Shown piece by piece: positions 25,261-40,902 of a stretch of DNA of 64,000 nucleotides. The translations under genes and the position numbers were made by a program. Position 1 is the first letter of the stretch; each line of letters opens with the position of its first letter. Below the pieces are notes generated by a model. That model was given only the letters and a program-made list of their open reading frames with translations. It had not been told where the DNA came from and ran no database searches. This stretch comes from Octopus vulgaris. Lineage: Eukaryota. The stretch is taken from positions 48,484,001-48,548,000 of the forward strand of contig OX597830.1 of NCBI GenBank assembly GCA_951406725.2, in the 5' to 3' direction.

Positions 25261-27236
25261 ATGAGCAAAGAAAATACAAAGCTGTACCAGCAAAAAATCC
25301 GAAAGGAATAGCTGAAGATGTCAACGTTTACTAAGTGGTTGTATGAAGTACCTAGTGATCAATCTAAAGCATATTGCAGATATTGTAGATATAATATGTT
25401 GGCAAAATATTCTCTTTTAGTAAGCCACTGTGAAGCAAAGAAGCATAAGGCATCAACTCCACAGCAAATGATTCCTCTTACCTATTTTATTAAAATCAAA
25501 AATGATAAGACATCTATGCTTGAAGCAAATTTAGCAATGTTTCTTTGTTGCCACTCATTATTTAATAAACTGTGATTACTTAATCGAGTTAGGTAAGAAT
25601 TATATGTCTGATAGTGATATTATGTCCAAAGTGAAGATGCCTCGTACAAAATGTGCAAATACTGTGAGAAATGTTCTAGCTCCATATTTTGAAGTAGATT
25701 TGATTTCTGATATAGAAGATATAACATTTAGCCAGTTATTAGCTGAATCCAAATGATATATCTATAAACAAATTGTTAGGAATTGTTATCATATATTACA
25801 GTGATACTCACAAAAAAAGTGGTACATACATATCTCAGGATGGTATCTTTAGAAACATGTGATGCAGATGGCATTGTAGATGCCTTAAAAATTGAATTAG
25901 CAAAAAAGAAATTTGATTTAAAATATTTACTGGCTAAAGGAACCAACAATGCTATAATAATGCTTTCCAGAAATTAAAAGAAGTTCCATCATTACTTCTG
26001 TTTAGATGTGTATGTCATTCTTTACAGTTAGCTGTATCCCACACTTACGCTGAATGCCTGCCCATAAATTTAGAATTTTTAGTATCCGAAACCTATAAAT
26101 GGTCTTCTCATTCTTCAACAAGACAAAGTGCTTACAAACAACTTTACCTTGCTATCAATAATAAAGAGCCTTTGAAGATTGTGAATTCTTGTACAACTAG
26201 GTGGCTGTCAATAGAACCAGTTGTAAATAGAACTTTAAGCCAATGGTTTGAATTGCAAACTCACTTCTAAACTATAACTACAAAAGAAAAATGCTTTACA
26301 GCACAAACGTTACATGAAATGTTTTGTGATTCTAAGAATGAACTTTACCTTTCATTTTTGCATCCAATTTTAAAACATGTTCAGGAAGTGACTAAACTGT
26401 TTGAATCAAACACTGTCGACAAAACAAAATTACTTGAAGATCTTTCAAGTTTGATCAAATCTGTTGCTAATATGATAGTGTTGCTAACATGTAGAATTGA
26501 TCAATTTGATCCTGATGCTTCTATTGAAAACTTTGTAAATCTTAAACCAAATTTAGGCTACAGGTTCGAGAGAAATATAGCAGAAATGATTATCAAGAAG
26601 ATTGTAACAGCCACCGAAGAAAATAATATTCGCAAAAGAACACAATTTTTACTCTGCCTTTATAAAGAGCTCAAGCACCGTTGGCCAGAGAATATTAATA
26701 TACTGCAGAATATCAAATGTTTTTCTGTACAGAATATTTTGCAGCATTTCAAAGAGCCAATTTTACCTGTTTTAGAAGCAGTGCATTTAAATGAAGAAAA
26801 AATTGCTTCAATTGAAATTCAGTTTAATAGCATTCATTTAGTTGAATGGACAAATATATCTAATACTGAGGAATTCTGGCTGGAAGTTTTGGAATATAAA
26901 GATGCTACTGGAGGAAATCCTTTTAGAGATGTTGCAAATTTTGCCATTAATCTATTGACTTTGACAAACTCAAATACAGAAGTTGAACGGTTGTTCAATA
27001 GTATGGGTGTAATCAAATCAAAATTGAGATACAAAATGCATCTTCCTATGCTTAGATCAACACCGTCTATAAAATATGGCCTGAAAAGATATGGCAAATG
27101 TTACAAAAACTTCAATATTCCAAAACATATAATTAACAAGATTGGGGCCTTGAATGTATACAGAAGTCGAGACCTAAGCACTGCAGCTGAAAATAATCAA
27201 ATCAGTGAAATTCAAGAAATTATTTCTCAATGCTGA
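25261..27236 (+). pseudogene. hAT transposase pseudogene (BED finger, DDE, C-terminal dimerization)
   Basis: AYCRYC..H..KKH; RCVCHSLQL; TRWLS; NLLTLTNSNTEVERLFNSM..IKSKLR; stops and frameshifts. Confidence 0.88.
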
Positions 27237-27416
27237 ATATAATTAAAGAAAGTAGATAAAAATTAACATTTTTGATATAATTAGTCTTTAGCATTTTTTT
27301 TTTTATTTAGCATTTTTGGGGGTATTTTTTCTACTGAAGTTTAGCATAAAATTATGATTTTAAGTTGGCAACACTGGTTATAATCCTTCAGGTGACTAAC
27401 ATGATGGCGATTAATA

Positions 27417-27636
27417 AGGGAGCGATGGGCTGGCAGAATGGTTAGCGCCCCAGGCAAAATGCTTAGCAGCATTTCATCCGTTCTTACGTTCAGAGTTCAA
27501 ATTCTGCCGTGGTCCACTTTGCCTCTCATCCTTCCGGAGTCGATAAACTAAGTACCAGTTGAACACTGGGATCGATGCAATCGATCCGCCCATTGTCCCC
27601 GAAATTGCTGGCCCTGTATGAAAATTTGAAACCAAT
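27417..27636 (+). mobile_element. Family B SINE, 16-bp TSD
   Basis: TSD atgatggcgattaata at 27401-27416 and 27637-27652. Confidence 0.88.
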
Positions 27637-27960
27637 ATGATGGCGATTAATAGAATCACTTTCATTTCCTATCATAAAGTAAGCGATGCATTCACATGAA
27701 ACCGGTCTTACAATAATAAATGGCAAATCAAAAGGGCAGAAATTTTATAAGGAAGAAATATTCCATTTAATCATGAATTCCAAGCATTTTTTTTTATTTT
27801 ATAAGCGGGTTTTTCAAATATCTTAGTTATGATATCCGTTAATCGTTATAAACTAAAGAATATCTCCTCCCCCCCCTATGTTTAGCTCCCCTCCATGTTT
27901 AGCCACCCGCAGGCAATGAAGAAATAACTTAAAGAATATCAGTTTCCTGATAGGAATGGT

Positions 27961-28344
27961 GGAAGCACTCCGTCGGTTACGACGACGAGGGTTCCGGTTG
28001 ATCCGAATCAACGGAACAGCCTGCTCGTGAAATTAACGTGTAAGTGGCTGAGCACTCCACAGACACGTGCACCCTTAACGTAGTTCTCGGGGATATTCAG
28101 CGTGACGCAGAGAGTGACAAGGCCGGCCCTTTGAAATACAGGTACAACAGAAACAGGAAGTAAGAGTGAGAGAAAGTTGTGGTGAAAGAGTACAGCAGGG
28201 ATCACCACCTTCCCCTGCCGGAGCCTCGTGGAGCTTTAGGTGTTTTCGCTCAATAAACACTCACAACGCCCGGTCTGGGAATCGAAACAGCGATCCTATG
28301 ACCGCGAGTCCGCTGCCCTAACCACTGGGCCATTGCGCCTCCAC
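27961..28344 (-). mobile_element. Family A SINE, full length, 10-bp TSD
   Basis: TSD tgataggaat at 27948-27957 and 28345-28354. Confidence 0.92.
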
Positions 28345-28495
28345 TGATAGGAATACCAACCGATAAAGATAACCATTCTTGCGCCACTGTGCATCTTAAT
28401 AATGGCTGTTCGAAGTTGAGAAGCTTCTTTCTTTTACAACCGAAGTTACAGACATGATTAGGAAAAGCTGTATCAGTCGAACGGTTTCAAACAAA

Positions 28496-29012
<517 letters not shown>

Positions 29013-29319
29013 AGGAGGTAAGAGATCTACTTTATAAAGTAAATCTAAAATTGTTTTGCTTCCCTTTTAGTTTTCAAAGTCATTTGCATTACACCGAGTT
29101 CATTCTCTAAGGATTTGTAACAGAACATACTTGGGGGATTTTGCGCTGCAAAGTGTTTGTGTATGGCATAGGGAATGTTATGAAGGAACACTTCAGACTT
29201 TTTCAAAATATGAAAAAAAAAAAAAGACACACGTACGCGCGCTTACTCATGCATAATATTTATGTGTGTGTGTGTGTATGTGTGAACGTCAGTGTGCGCA
29301 CGCGCGTGCGTGTTCGGGA

Positions 29320-29700
29320 GAATCTTTCACTTTCCGTCTACCAAATATACTCACATGGCTTTGGTCGGACCGAGGTTAAAATGGAAGACACTTGCTCAAG
29401 GTTCCACCTTGAGTGACAGTGGAGCTGAATCAAGAACCATGAGGTTAGGAAGCAAGCTTCTTACCACACAGCCACGCCTATATATGGGGGTGCGCGTGTG
29501 AATGGGCTTGCTTTCCAACACCACTTGAAAACCAGTATTGGTTTGTTTACGTTCCCATAACTTAGCGGTTCGATTAAAAAAAGATAGATACATTAAGAAC
29601 TAGATTTTAAAAAGTAAGTTCTGGCTCGATTTGTTCGAATGTTTTAAGGTGATGTTCTAGCATGGCCGCAATCTAATAATTGAAATAAGTAAAAATACAA
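29320..29700. mobile_element. Two family C SINE halves in opposite orientation
   Basis: 29320-29480 head half on minus, 29500-29700 tail half on plus. Confidence 0.65.
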
Positions 29701-29744
29701 GAAAATTAAACATGGACGACGATTTTTTTTTTAAATTTTAGAAG

Positions 29745-30453
29745 CAAATGCTTCTTTTGCCTGTCTCCACACGTATACTCGGCCGGTGGTCGGAAGTAAG
29801 GTAAAGGATGACTCGCCCGAGAAAATAACTTTCTTCCACTGCTCTAGGGAGAAATTCTGTTGGTTTTTACCCTACTCTAAACGCTTTGCAATGTTTGTTT
29901 TTGAAAGTAGTGGTTTTCTGATTGCAACCCTCCCATGAAATCGGCTTTGCGCAGTTCCTGACGAACAGTTTTTGTGGATTCTGGGTTCTCGGGGTGGTCA
30001 TTAAGCTCTGCAGCAATTTTGGGAGCTGCACATTTGTGATCCTTTTTATCAATTCGTGTAAGAGTCCGACGGTCCCTCTCTGAAAGTTTTGGTTTTCTTC
30101 CGAAGTTTTGTTTCAACGAGGAGATATTTCCCTCTTTCCCAAAAGGCTGTCATTACTTTCGAGACAGTATTTCTTGATACACCAAACATTTCGGCTGTTT
30201 TCGTTATGCTAGTGCCTGCCATACGAGCACCAACAATTTGACCTCTTTGAAAGTTCGATAGATCTATCATTTTAATGAATTTTAATTACCTTTTTCTGAT
30301 GACATCTGAAAAGAAACAGCAATTTTAGCAAAACATATTAAGCAACACTAATAATAAATGAAAAAACATAAAAATAAACAAGCTTTTGACGGTTTTATAG
30401 ATATTTCAAAATTATGATACTATGATGCTAGGTGTTTCCATTATTTTGTCCAA
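29745..30453 (-). mobile_element. Tc1 transposon 5' part with frameshifted transposase and left TIR
   Basis: MIDLSNFQRGQIVGARMAG..GRKPKLSERDRR..WKKVIFSGESSF; TIR ttggacaaaataatggaaacacc. Confidence 0.9.
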
Positions 30454-30610
30454 AATATATATATATGTGTGTGTGTGAGCATGTGTGTGTGTGTTTATCT
30501 CATCTATACATATATGTATGTGCACTTACAATATATGTACTTTTACAAGTATGTGTGTGTGTGTATATAGTATATATATATGTAAAATAATATGTGACAA
30601 TTATTCGGTA

Positions 30611-30680
30611 GCCAAGATAAAACTCAGAGTTTCGGATGCCGAGATGGAAATCCACAACACCAACTCTTCGGTTATCTGAC
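30611..30680 (-). ncRNA. Hammerhead-like motif, CCGAAGA core (copy 1)
   Basis: agataa-CCGAAGA-gtt-ggtgttg...cggcatc-c-GAAAC-tctga-GTT-ttatct. Confidence 0.55.
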
Positions 30681-31004
30681 CATCTGAAAAACGATATGAA
30701 AAAGACCTTATACAAAGGGAAATTACTATGTTATAGTTCGCTACTTATATAAAAGCGCTAATTCAATGACCGCTAATTAAAATAAGGTTAAAAGTCCATA
30801 GTAAACACGTAAGAATGCCTGTTCATACGCATACATGTGCGCTCGCACACCCACGTACGTACGTATACTTCACTATGAAAACGTATACACGCATTTTTCG
30901 CCAAATGTATATGCATATATACACACTCATACACACACGCGCACCGTAAAAGTTCATACATACGTCTACATACGCACAAGCACAAGAAAAGACATGCATC
31001 AGGG

Positions 31005-31070
<66 letters not shown>

Positions 31071-31076
31071 CATTAT

Positions 31077-31181
<105 letters not shown>

Positions 31182-31240
31182 CATTATTATTAATAATTTC
31201 CCTTTGTATAACGGTCTTTTTCCATAGCGTTTTTCAGATG

Positions 31241-31310
31241 GCCAGATAACCGAAGAGATAGTGTTGTGGATTTCCACCTCGGCATCCGAAACTCAGAGTT
31301 TTATCTTGGC
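31241..31310 (+). ncRNA. Hammerhead-like motif, CCGAAGA core (copy 2, inverted)
   Basis: gccagataa-CCGAAGA-...-GAAAC-tcaga-GTT-ttatcttggc; stem I about 9 bp. Confidence 0.55.
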
Positions 31311-31406
31311 TACCGAATAATTGTCACATATTATTTTACAGATAAATTTCCTCTATTTACATAATATTGAGATCTCTTTCTTTCTTTTGTTATCTTACCG
31401 TTTTTA

Positions 31407-31470
<64 letters not shown>

Positions 31471-31497
31471 ATATATGTATATATATATGTATATATG

Positions 31498-31561
<64 letters not shown>

Positions 31562-32196
31562 ATATATATACATATGCATATACATGTTCATATCTAGCTA
31601 TCACTCCCACTATCCCTCTCCATCTCTCTCTTTTTTCATCTCTTTCTCTATCTCTGGAATACCCTCTTGCTTGATCAACTCCACGTGTTATTGATTAGTC
31701 CGAAGTTTCGCTGTGTATTTCACTCTTCTCATATGTAAGTGAAGTGTGCATACGTGTGCAAGTGTAATACACACAAACACATAAATAAGGAATGCACGTG
31801 TACAGAGACACACACATAAATATATATATATATTTGCACATATATAAATACATACATACATACATATTGCAACAAGATCGCCTAAACCCAGGATCTTTAG
31901 TGAGACACCATTTTATGTATGGATGTGCCTGATGTTGACCAGACTTCAAAATGGGTGCAACACATGTTGAACGGAGTTCCACCCATAAGGAATAGTAGCA
32001 GGATGAGTAGAAAAGATTGCTGTACAAAATAAAGATTACTCATTGAGTCGAACCAGGGGCAGCTGATGAAGGGGAATATTCCTTGTATTGTTTGTCTTGT
32101 ACTCTGTTTTTTCGTTGTTTAAAAAAGTCCGTTTCCTTGTTTGTTTTTATGTTTTCGTTTCTCGTTGTGTTCTACGTTTATTTGTGGTGTCTTGTA

Positions 32197-32248
<52 letters not shown>

Positions 32249-32372
32249 TGTATATATACATATAGATGTAGGTATGTACATATATGTATGTATGTATGCA
32301 TATGTTTTATTTGTTAAATTGTTGTTATATGACTGAGCGCCTCGCGTCGTTTCGTTTCTTATCCTTCAAGTA

Positions 32373-32447
<75 letters not shown>

Positions 32448-32448
32448 G

Positions 32449-32508
<60 letters not shown>

Positions 32509-32584
32509 CACGTATCTATATATAGATATATACATATATGTATACATTTATCTATACACACATATATGTCTATAAACACACGCG

Positions 32585-32622
<38 letters not shown>

Positions 32623-32635
32623 GTATACAAAAATT

Positions 32636-32782
32636 TATACAAAAACATACCGAACTACTTGTTAAGATTATTAATTATAAATTGATTAATTAATTTTACC
32701 TTTTATTATTATATAAATATATGTATAAATTTCATGTACAATACATGGTGCAAATATATATATATGTATGTATATATATATA

Positions 32783-32846
<64 letters not shown>

Positions 32847-32962
32847 CACCATGTATTGTACATGAAATTTATACATATATTTATATAATAATAAAAGGTA
32901 AAATTAATTAATCAATTTATAATTAATAATCTTAACAAGTAGTTCGGTATGTTTTTGTATAA
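32636..32962. repeat. Perfect ~120-bp inverted duplication around a (TA)n spacer
   Basis: 32636-32757 is the reverse complement of 32840-32962. Confidence 0.92.
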
Positions 32963-33117
32963 CTTTATACACGTATATATATATATATATACATATATAC
33001 ATATATATATAAACACACATATACATATATACATTATATGTGTGTGTGTGCGTGTGTGTGTATGTGTGAGTCTTTGTGTGCGTTTGCTTTGTCTGTGGGT
33101 TTGTGTCTATGCCTTTG

Positions 33118-33150
<33 letters not shown>

Positions 33151-33484
33151 GAAAGGATTGTATTTTCACATACACGTATATTTTCTGGATAATTAACAAA
33201 AACATGGACTGCGGACTTTTAGCGAATAGAGTTTTCTTTCATTTAATGACAGTTTTGAAATTTTCTATTTTTATGATTATAAATAAATACCTTAACTACG
33301 TATATACGTATACATATACACACACATACGCACACAGAAACACACACACACGCATATACACAAACACACACACTAACACGTGAGTGAGTGAGAAAGAGAG
33401 TTAAATTGAAATATATGTAGATACACACACATACACACAAACACATTTGCACACACACACATATATGTATGTACACACACACAT

Positions 33485-33566
<82 letters not shown>

Positions 33567-33652
33567 CCGAGAGAGAAATACAATAAGAGGCTTCCAAATA
33601 GGAAAGCCTTGTGCTAGGCCACTGGTAATAATAATTTCTTATTACCCTATTG

Positions 33653-33717
<65 letters not shown>

Positions 33718-33833
33718 CTTTGATACTTTGATAGGTTTCGGCCATTATTGGCCCAGGCCATGTCTAACTTAATAGCACCACCTGGTGAAGTCTTTCAAGT
33801 CAGAATTTGGGCACTATGGCACATATATATATG

Positions 33834-33895
<62 letters not shown>

Positions 33896-33904
33896 ATTAT
33901 ATGT

Positions 33905-34005
<101 letters not shown>

Positions 34006-34487
34006 GAATTAGAGATAAAACCACTGTTATGCAACTCAAACAGTGATAGACATAAACCAATACATAAATAACAAATATATATATATATAAATTTTTTTAA
34101 ACATATAACTTATAACTAGACCTCAAAAAGTATAAAATGAATGATAACTATATAATATAGGGAAAAAGAGGGATTGTTGAATTGATATATATGTTTACAC
34201 ATATACACACACATTTATATATTACGGTTTCTTTTTTTACTTTTTTAAAAAAATTCACATTATGTCCGATTCCTATTATTCTGCCCAAGCAACATTCCCA
34301 CCCGCCCCTGGTTTATTTGGAGAGGCCTGAAATAATCTGAGAATGCCAAGATCATCATAATCTTTTACAACCGTTATAATCATCATCGATATTGTCATTA
34401 TCATTACGGTAGCACCTTCACGTTCTCCACCCGCTGCCCGGTATTTCCACACATCGCATCACATCAGTCGCCTCCCACCCCCCATCA

Positions 34488-34558
<71 letters not shown>

Positions 34559-34732
34559 CTGCCTATCGTTCAATCAGTCAGTCAGTTACGGAACGGTGCT
34601 GGTCATGGACGGATATCTCTGCACTCACACTTGCTCTCCTCCCTCCTCTTGTTTTATGGGATATTTACAGCTTCATCACTAACAACAACAACAACAACAA
34701 TAATAATAAAACGCTAGCCTCCGCCGCCGCCG

Positions 34733-34782
<50 letters not shown>

Positions 34783-34956
34783 GCAGTTATCCGGAATTCC
34801 TCGTTTCTTGTCATTCACCAATATCCACAATTAGTCTAACAAATATTGATAAAATAATCTACACACACACACACACACATACACACACTCACACACATTA
34901 ATATAGATAATTATATTAATATTAATCTCTCTCTCTCTCTCTATATATATATATAC

Positions 34957-35004
<48 letters not shown>

Positions 35005-35435
35005 GTGTATGTATATATAAATTAGGTATTGTATATATACGTGTATGTGTGTATGTGTGTGTGTATGTGCTTATATAGATGTATGTGAGTGTATACACAT
35101 TACTTTCACACGTTAGAAAACTTATATTGAATGTCACATAATTTATTGCATTTCAGTTCGCAAAAATATATAGCGATGAATCTAAAAACTTTTATAAATA
35201 CACGCATAACCATACCTGTAAGCAGGCGTTTATACAAAAATGTAATATAAATTTTATACAATGCTTTGTACGTATGAAGAACATTTCCAGTGTGTGTATA
35301 CGATATTTAGACAAACATGTAGCAAACTGAACATGTAGTCCCATGTTAAATACATGTTCATCACATAACTCGCATCTAAATCATGATAGTATGACATGAT
35401 ATATACGCACACATAAATACACGCACACACACACA

Positions 35436-35473
<38 letters not shown>

Positions 35474-35617
35474 TATACACACACATACGTATACACACAC
35501 ACACACACACAAAGAACTTGGATGGGAAATTCGAAAAATGCCTTCATTTTCATCTTAATTCTGGTAGTTATAACTGCTAATTTCATCCTTATCAGCAACA
35601 ACAACGAACGACGACAG

Positions 35618-35651
<34 letters not shown>

Positions 35652-36055
35652 GTCGTCGTCGTCATCACCTACAACAGCAACAACAACCACAACAGGACCA
35701 TCAACATCTACAGACATTCGTTGATTGAACTTATTGGATTGTCAAGTATATGTACTTTCTTGTTGCTTCCATGGTGAAGATAAACTTGCTTAAGCTCACT
35801 CACTTCTCTGCGTAATTGGTATTGTTTTCAGATTGAAGATATTTACTCAGATGGACGTACCCGAATAATATACCCGAAGCTTTTCCCCTCCCTTTTTCTT
35901 TTTTTTTTTTTTTTTTTACTTTTTTTCGTCATTGTAGAAGAATGAAATTTTGAAAGCAATTTCGCCCTGTTTTTTTTTTTTGTGTATTCGTTATACAACA
36001 ACCATATATATAATAGCAACGAAAACAAACGGAACAACTAACAATAACACCATTA

Positions 36056-36272
36056 TCTATTTCTTTACTACCCACAAGGGGCTAAACACAGAGGGGGACA
36101 AACAAGGACAGACAAAGGGATTAAGTCGATTACATCGACTCCAGTGCGTAACTGGTACTTAATTTATCGACCTCGAAAGGATGAAAGGCAAAGTCGACCT
36201 CGGCGGAATTTGAACTCAGAACGTAACGGCAGACGAAATACGGCTACGCATTTCGTCCGGCGTGCTAACGTT
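36056..36272 (-). mobile_element. Family B SINE
   Basis: Near-identical to the 18120 copy. Confidence 0.9.
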
Positions 36273-36487
36273 AGCAACAAAACAACATCAACAACACATC
36301 ACCAACAAGGATGAACTGCAGATAAGCAAAAACGACGATGACGACGATACAAACTGATAATAATCGCAAAAAATATCAAGAAATAACAAAAAAACAGTAT
36401 CAGCATCATCACAACAGCAAAAACTGGAAACTATAAGCGATTTCATTACTCACCAAAATTTCAGGCCTTGTACCTTTAGTCGAAAGG

Positions 36488-36611
<124 letters not shown>

Positions 36612-36679
36612 GTCATCATCATCGTCATCTCCGCCAAACCACCGTCTTCAGAACCACCACCACCACCACTAGAACTATA

Positions 36680-36711
<32 letters not shown>

Positions 36712-36782
36712 AAAAATGAATGATAAGGAGGACTTAAAGTGATGAATCTAAAACTAGACAGATAGATAGACATACAGACAAA

Positions 36783-36824
<42 letters not shown>

Positions 36825-36834
36825 CATACATATA

Positions 36835-36874
<40 letters not shown>

Positions 36875-36895
36875 TGTATAAATATATATAAATAT

Positions 36896-36959
<64 letters not shown>

Positions 36960-38054
36960 TTATATGTATGTATGTATGTATGTATATGTATGTGTATACG
37001 TATAGATATATATTGTTTTTATGTTAAGTTATAAGCGGAAAGAATTTAACGTAAAACCGAAGGATAAATGAATTTTTATCAATCTGATGATGATTTGCAA
37101 CCTAAACTTTGAAGTCACTATCAACCGTTGGTTTTTGTAAAAATTAATTGGTATTTCGATAGACAGATAGAGATAGATAGCGAGAGGCATAAGTACTAAA
37201 TAAAAAGGATATGATGTTGTGGAAGGAGGGAGGGAGTTGGGGGGTTAGATAAATAAGGCAACTCGAAGAAGAAAATAGGGACAGGAAGAGGAAATGGAGC
37301 AGATTAGGGGCAGGGAAAGGGTCAGGGTTAGGATAGAAGCTGAGGTTCAACTGTGAGGTTTAGAGGTGGTTTTTACGGCTGGGTTAGAATTGAGGGCAAG
37401 ATCTCCGCCTGTCTTATTGGATTTGTGGTTAAGAAAAGGAGGAAATATAAAATTAACGTTAACGACAACAACAACAACAACAACAAGAATGATGACAATG
37501 GAAACGGCGAAGACGACAACAACAACAACAACATTAGAACAACAAAAGCAACAAAAATTGTTTAAAGCAACGAAATAACAATAACAAACATAACAAAAGT
37601 TAGCAACATCGTTGGCAACCAGCGGAATTTAAAAAAAAACGGAAAGAGAAAATGAAAGAAAAAGCCCAAAGAATTTTAGGAACTAAGAGCAACAACAACA
37701 ACAACAACAAACACTGTTAAAATTACAATGTTGTAAAAAAAAATTAAATATTTGTTGTAAATTGCCAAATTAAGACCAAATATAACAAAACAGAAATCCA
37801 TCATAGCCAAATATCATCCTCATCATCACTCTCCTCCTTCTCCTCCTCCTTCTCCTCCTCCTCCGCCTCCTTCTCCTCCTCCCGCTTCTCTTTCTCCTCC
37901 TCCTCCTCCTCCTTCAACTCCTCCTTCTCCTCGTCTTGTTTTTTTTTTCTTTTCGTTCTCCTCCTCCTCGTCCTCCTCTTCATCATCATCATTCATAATT
38001 CTTCTAGTCTATTGCAACAACGACAACCATCAGAAAGTCTGATTAAGTGTCCTG

Positions 38055-38850
38055 ATGGAAGCAAACGCCAACGAGGAGGGTTCACTCCTAGCTGAATCCC
38101 CTCTCAGTAATCCCAGCATTCCTAAGGAACACAGTCAAGCGCTCCATGTTGCTCCGCCGCTGAATGTACTCGAACCTCTCACCTCGGCCGTCTCCTTGCT
38201 ACCTGTCGTCTCAGCTCTGTCGCACCATGCCACTCTACATAGCCCCACGCGGCTCCACGTATCTTCCTCGTCACCATCCTCATCACCACCAGTCACTGGT
38301 CCAACTGCTATCAGTGCGAGGTCTTTGTCTTCATCGTCCTCATTGTCAACCTCATCATCGTCTTCATCCTCTTCATCCTCATCGCTACACACGCAATCGC
38401 CAACATCATCGTCACCAAACCTCCATGCAGTTGCACCGACACAGATACCTCCACCGCCACCCACTCCACCACCTCCACCGCCGCCGCCACCACCACCACC
38501 GCCACCGCCGCCACCACCACCGCCGCCTCCACCACCACCACCACCACCACCACCACCACCACATCCATTCCATCTGCTCCCAGTCACGTCTTCCTTGGAC
38601 TTCACGCGCCGTTTCTCGGCCTTCACTAGTGTCCAGTACAGGAACACAGGGGCCAGCTCAGCGGTGGCAGCCGCCGCTGCAGTAGAAATGGCAGGAACTA
38701 CAAACAAACCAATAACTTTTAGTTCCCTTCAGACAACCCCACTGTCCGATTCACGAGAGCTGGCACTTCCAGTGGGTTTCTATAGTTCCGGACCCTCTTT
38801 ATATTCCGAATTTCCAAATCTTAATTTAAGCGGAGCGCTTCCAGCATTGT
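38055..38850 (+). CDS. Probable first coding exon of a host gene, Ser/Pro/Ala-rich low-complexity N-terminus (regulatory protein-like)
   Basis: Acceptor ttcttctag at 38007, ATG 38055, 265 open codons with mixed Pro codons, donor GTAAGT at 38851 (phase 1); no recognisable domain. Confidence 0.65.
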
Positions 38851-38937
38851 GTAAGTAAGTTTTTAGATTTACCTCTGTGTTTTCATGTGTTCCTGTTTAT
38901 TTATTATTAATTATTTTGTGTGTGTGTGTTTGTTTGT

Positions 38938-38995
<58 letters not shown>

Positions 38996-39062
38996 ATACG
39001 CGCACCTGCACACAAACTCATTCCTGTGTATCTGTGTTGATACGTCTAAACACACACACACA

Positions 39063-39120
<58 letters not shown>

Positions 39121-39280
39121 TATATATATATATAATTATACACACACACATATATATATATAAGGGCTAAAGAAAATTATTTCTATGTCATTAAGGTTAA
39201 AATTATAAACAACTTATAAAAAAGGGCTATATATATATATATTATATATAATATATATACTATTATATATATATATATAT

Positions 39281-39486
39281 ATCGCGGTTTATCATATCGC
39301 GGTTTATTATTTAAGCTTACGCCAATTCCTCTGTGGTGTTGTTTTGTATTTATAATGAAATAAATAAATACAAATCATAAAAATAATTTTAAAAATATAC
39401 AGTACAGTACTGTTTGTACTTCACGGGTTTTCACCTATCGCGGGGTGTTTTGTAACGTAACACTCGCGATAGTCGAGAGATTACAG
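39281..39486. mobile_element. Tigger/pogo-like DNA transposon end remnant
   Basis: tatcgcgg subterminal repeats and cgcgatagtcgagagattacag TIR-like end. Confidence 0.5.
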
Positions 39487-39710
39487 TTTGTGTGTGTGTG
39501 TATAATAGTATTTGTGAACATGCATTTATGTATGCATGACTGCATTCCACTTATGTGGTGATAAGAGCTGTACGAAAACAACTGTGTGTGTCTGTGAGTG
39601 CATGTTCTGCGCGCACGAACATATATCTATATATGTGAGTATGGATATGCATGTATGCATGTATGTACGTATGTACAAATATATGCATGTGTGTATATGT
39701 ATATGAATAC

Positions 39711-39754
<44 letters not shown>

Positions 39755-40199
39755 ATTCACACATACACACACACACACATGTATTTGTTGATTCACGTGT
39801 ACATATACACATAGAAAGCTAAGCGGGTTTAAACCTTCGAAGTCACTATCAACGTTATTTTGTAAAAGAATAATAAATATATATTTTGCAAAAAGTATTG
39901 CGTAATCCTTCAGTTTAATGTAAAATTGTTTTTTTTATTTATAACTTCACATCAAAACCAATATTATACATACATATATACATACACTCACATATATATA
40001 TCAGTGTATACACACATAAGTACGTGTATATATATATATATACACGCACATATACACACACATATATATATTAGTATTTATGTATGTATGTATGTATGTA
40101 TCTATGTATGTATGCATGTATGTATGTATGTATGTGTGCATGCGTTTGTGTAGAGATAGATAGATAGAGAGAGAGAGAGGTAGATAGATAGATAGATAA

Positions 40200-40252
<53 letters not shown>

Positions 40253-40366
40253 TTGATAGATAGATAGATAAGTAGATAGAGAGGTAGGTAGGTAGGTAGG
40301 TAAGTGAATATATATATATATATTTATATATGTATATATAAACAGACAGACAGACAGATAGACTGT

Positions 40367-40430
<64 letters not shown>

Positions 40431-40431
40431 G

Positions 40432-40506
<75 letters not shown>

Positions 40507-40574
40507 GTATTGTAAACTTGTATATTTCTAAACTTTTATTTTCATTATTTTCATATAGTTTCACTGTGTGCGTG

Positions 40575-40699
<125 letters not shown>

Positions 40700-40838
40700 T
40701 TACATTATTGTACGCTGAAATCTGTGTACATCAACACGTAAACGTTATGTTCCGATCAATCAATCTCTCGTTTTCTAACATCTCTCCGTTTCTGTCTTCA
40801 TCCCACATGCAGAGAGTCTGCTTGATTAAGTATGCATG

Positions 40839-40898
<60 letters not shown>

Positions 40899-40902
<4 letters not shown>

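Larger units (their letters stand above)
24172..27376 (+). mobile_element. Decayed hAT DNA transposon
   Basis: Right TIR taagttggcaacactg, degenerate left end tgccaacttagc, subterminal tttagcattt repeats at both ends. Confidence 0.75.

Noticed and set aside
26319-27236. Domesticated hAT-derived host gene
   Set aside because: Upstream part has stops and frameshifts and a TIR remains; pseudogene more likely
32063-32085. CTGATGAAGGGGAATATTCCTT as a hammerhead
   Set aside because: Core and stem II present but no GAAA or cleavage triplet follows; part of a repeat also seen at 7610
37085-37125. CTGATGA plus hairpin as a hammerhead
   Set aside because: No GAAA after the stem; the related copy near 39830 lacks the core
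38135-38707. Gly-rich minus-strand ORF and His-rich alternative frame
   Set aside because: Shadows of the Pro/Ser-rich plus-strand exon, which has the splice signals
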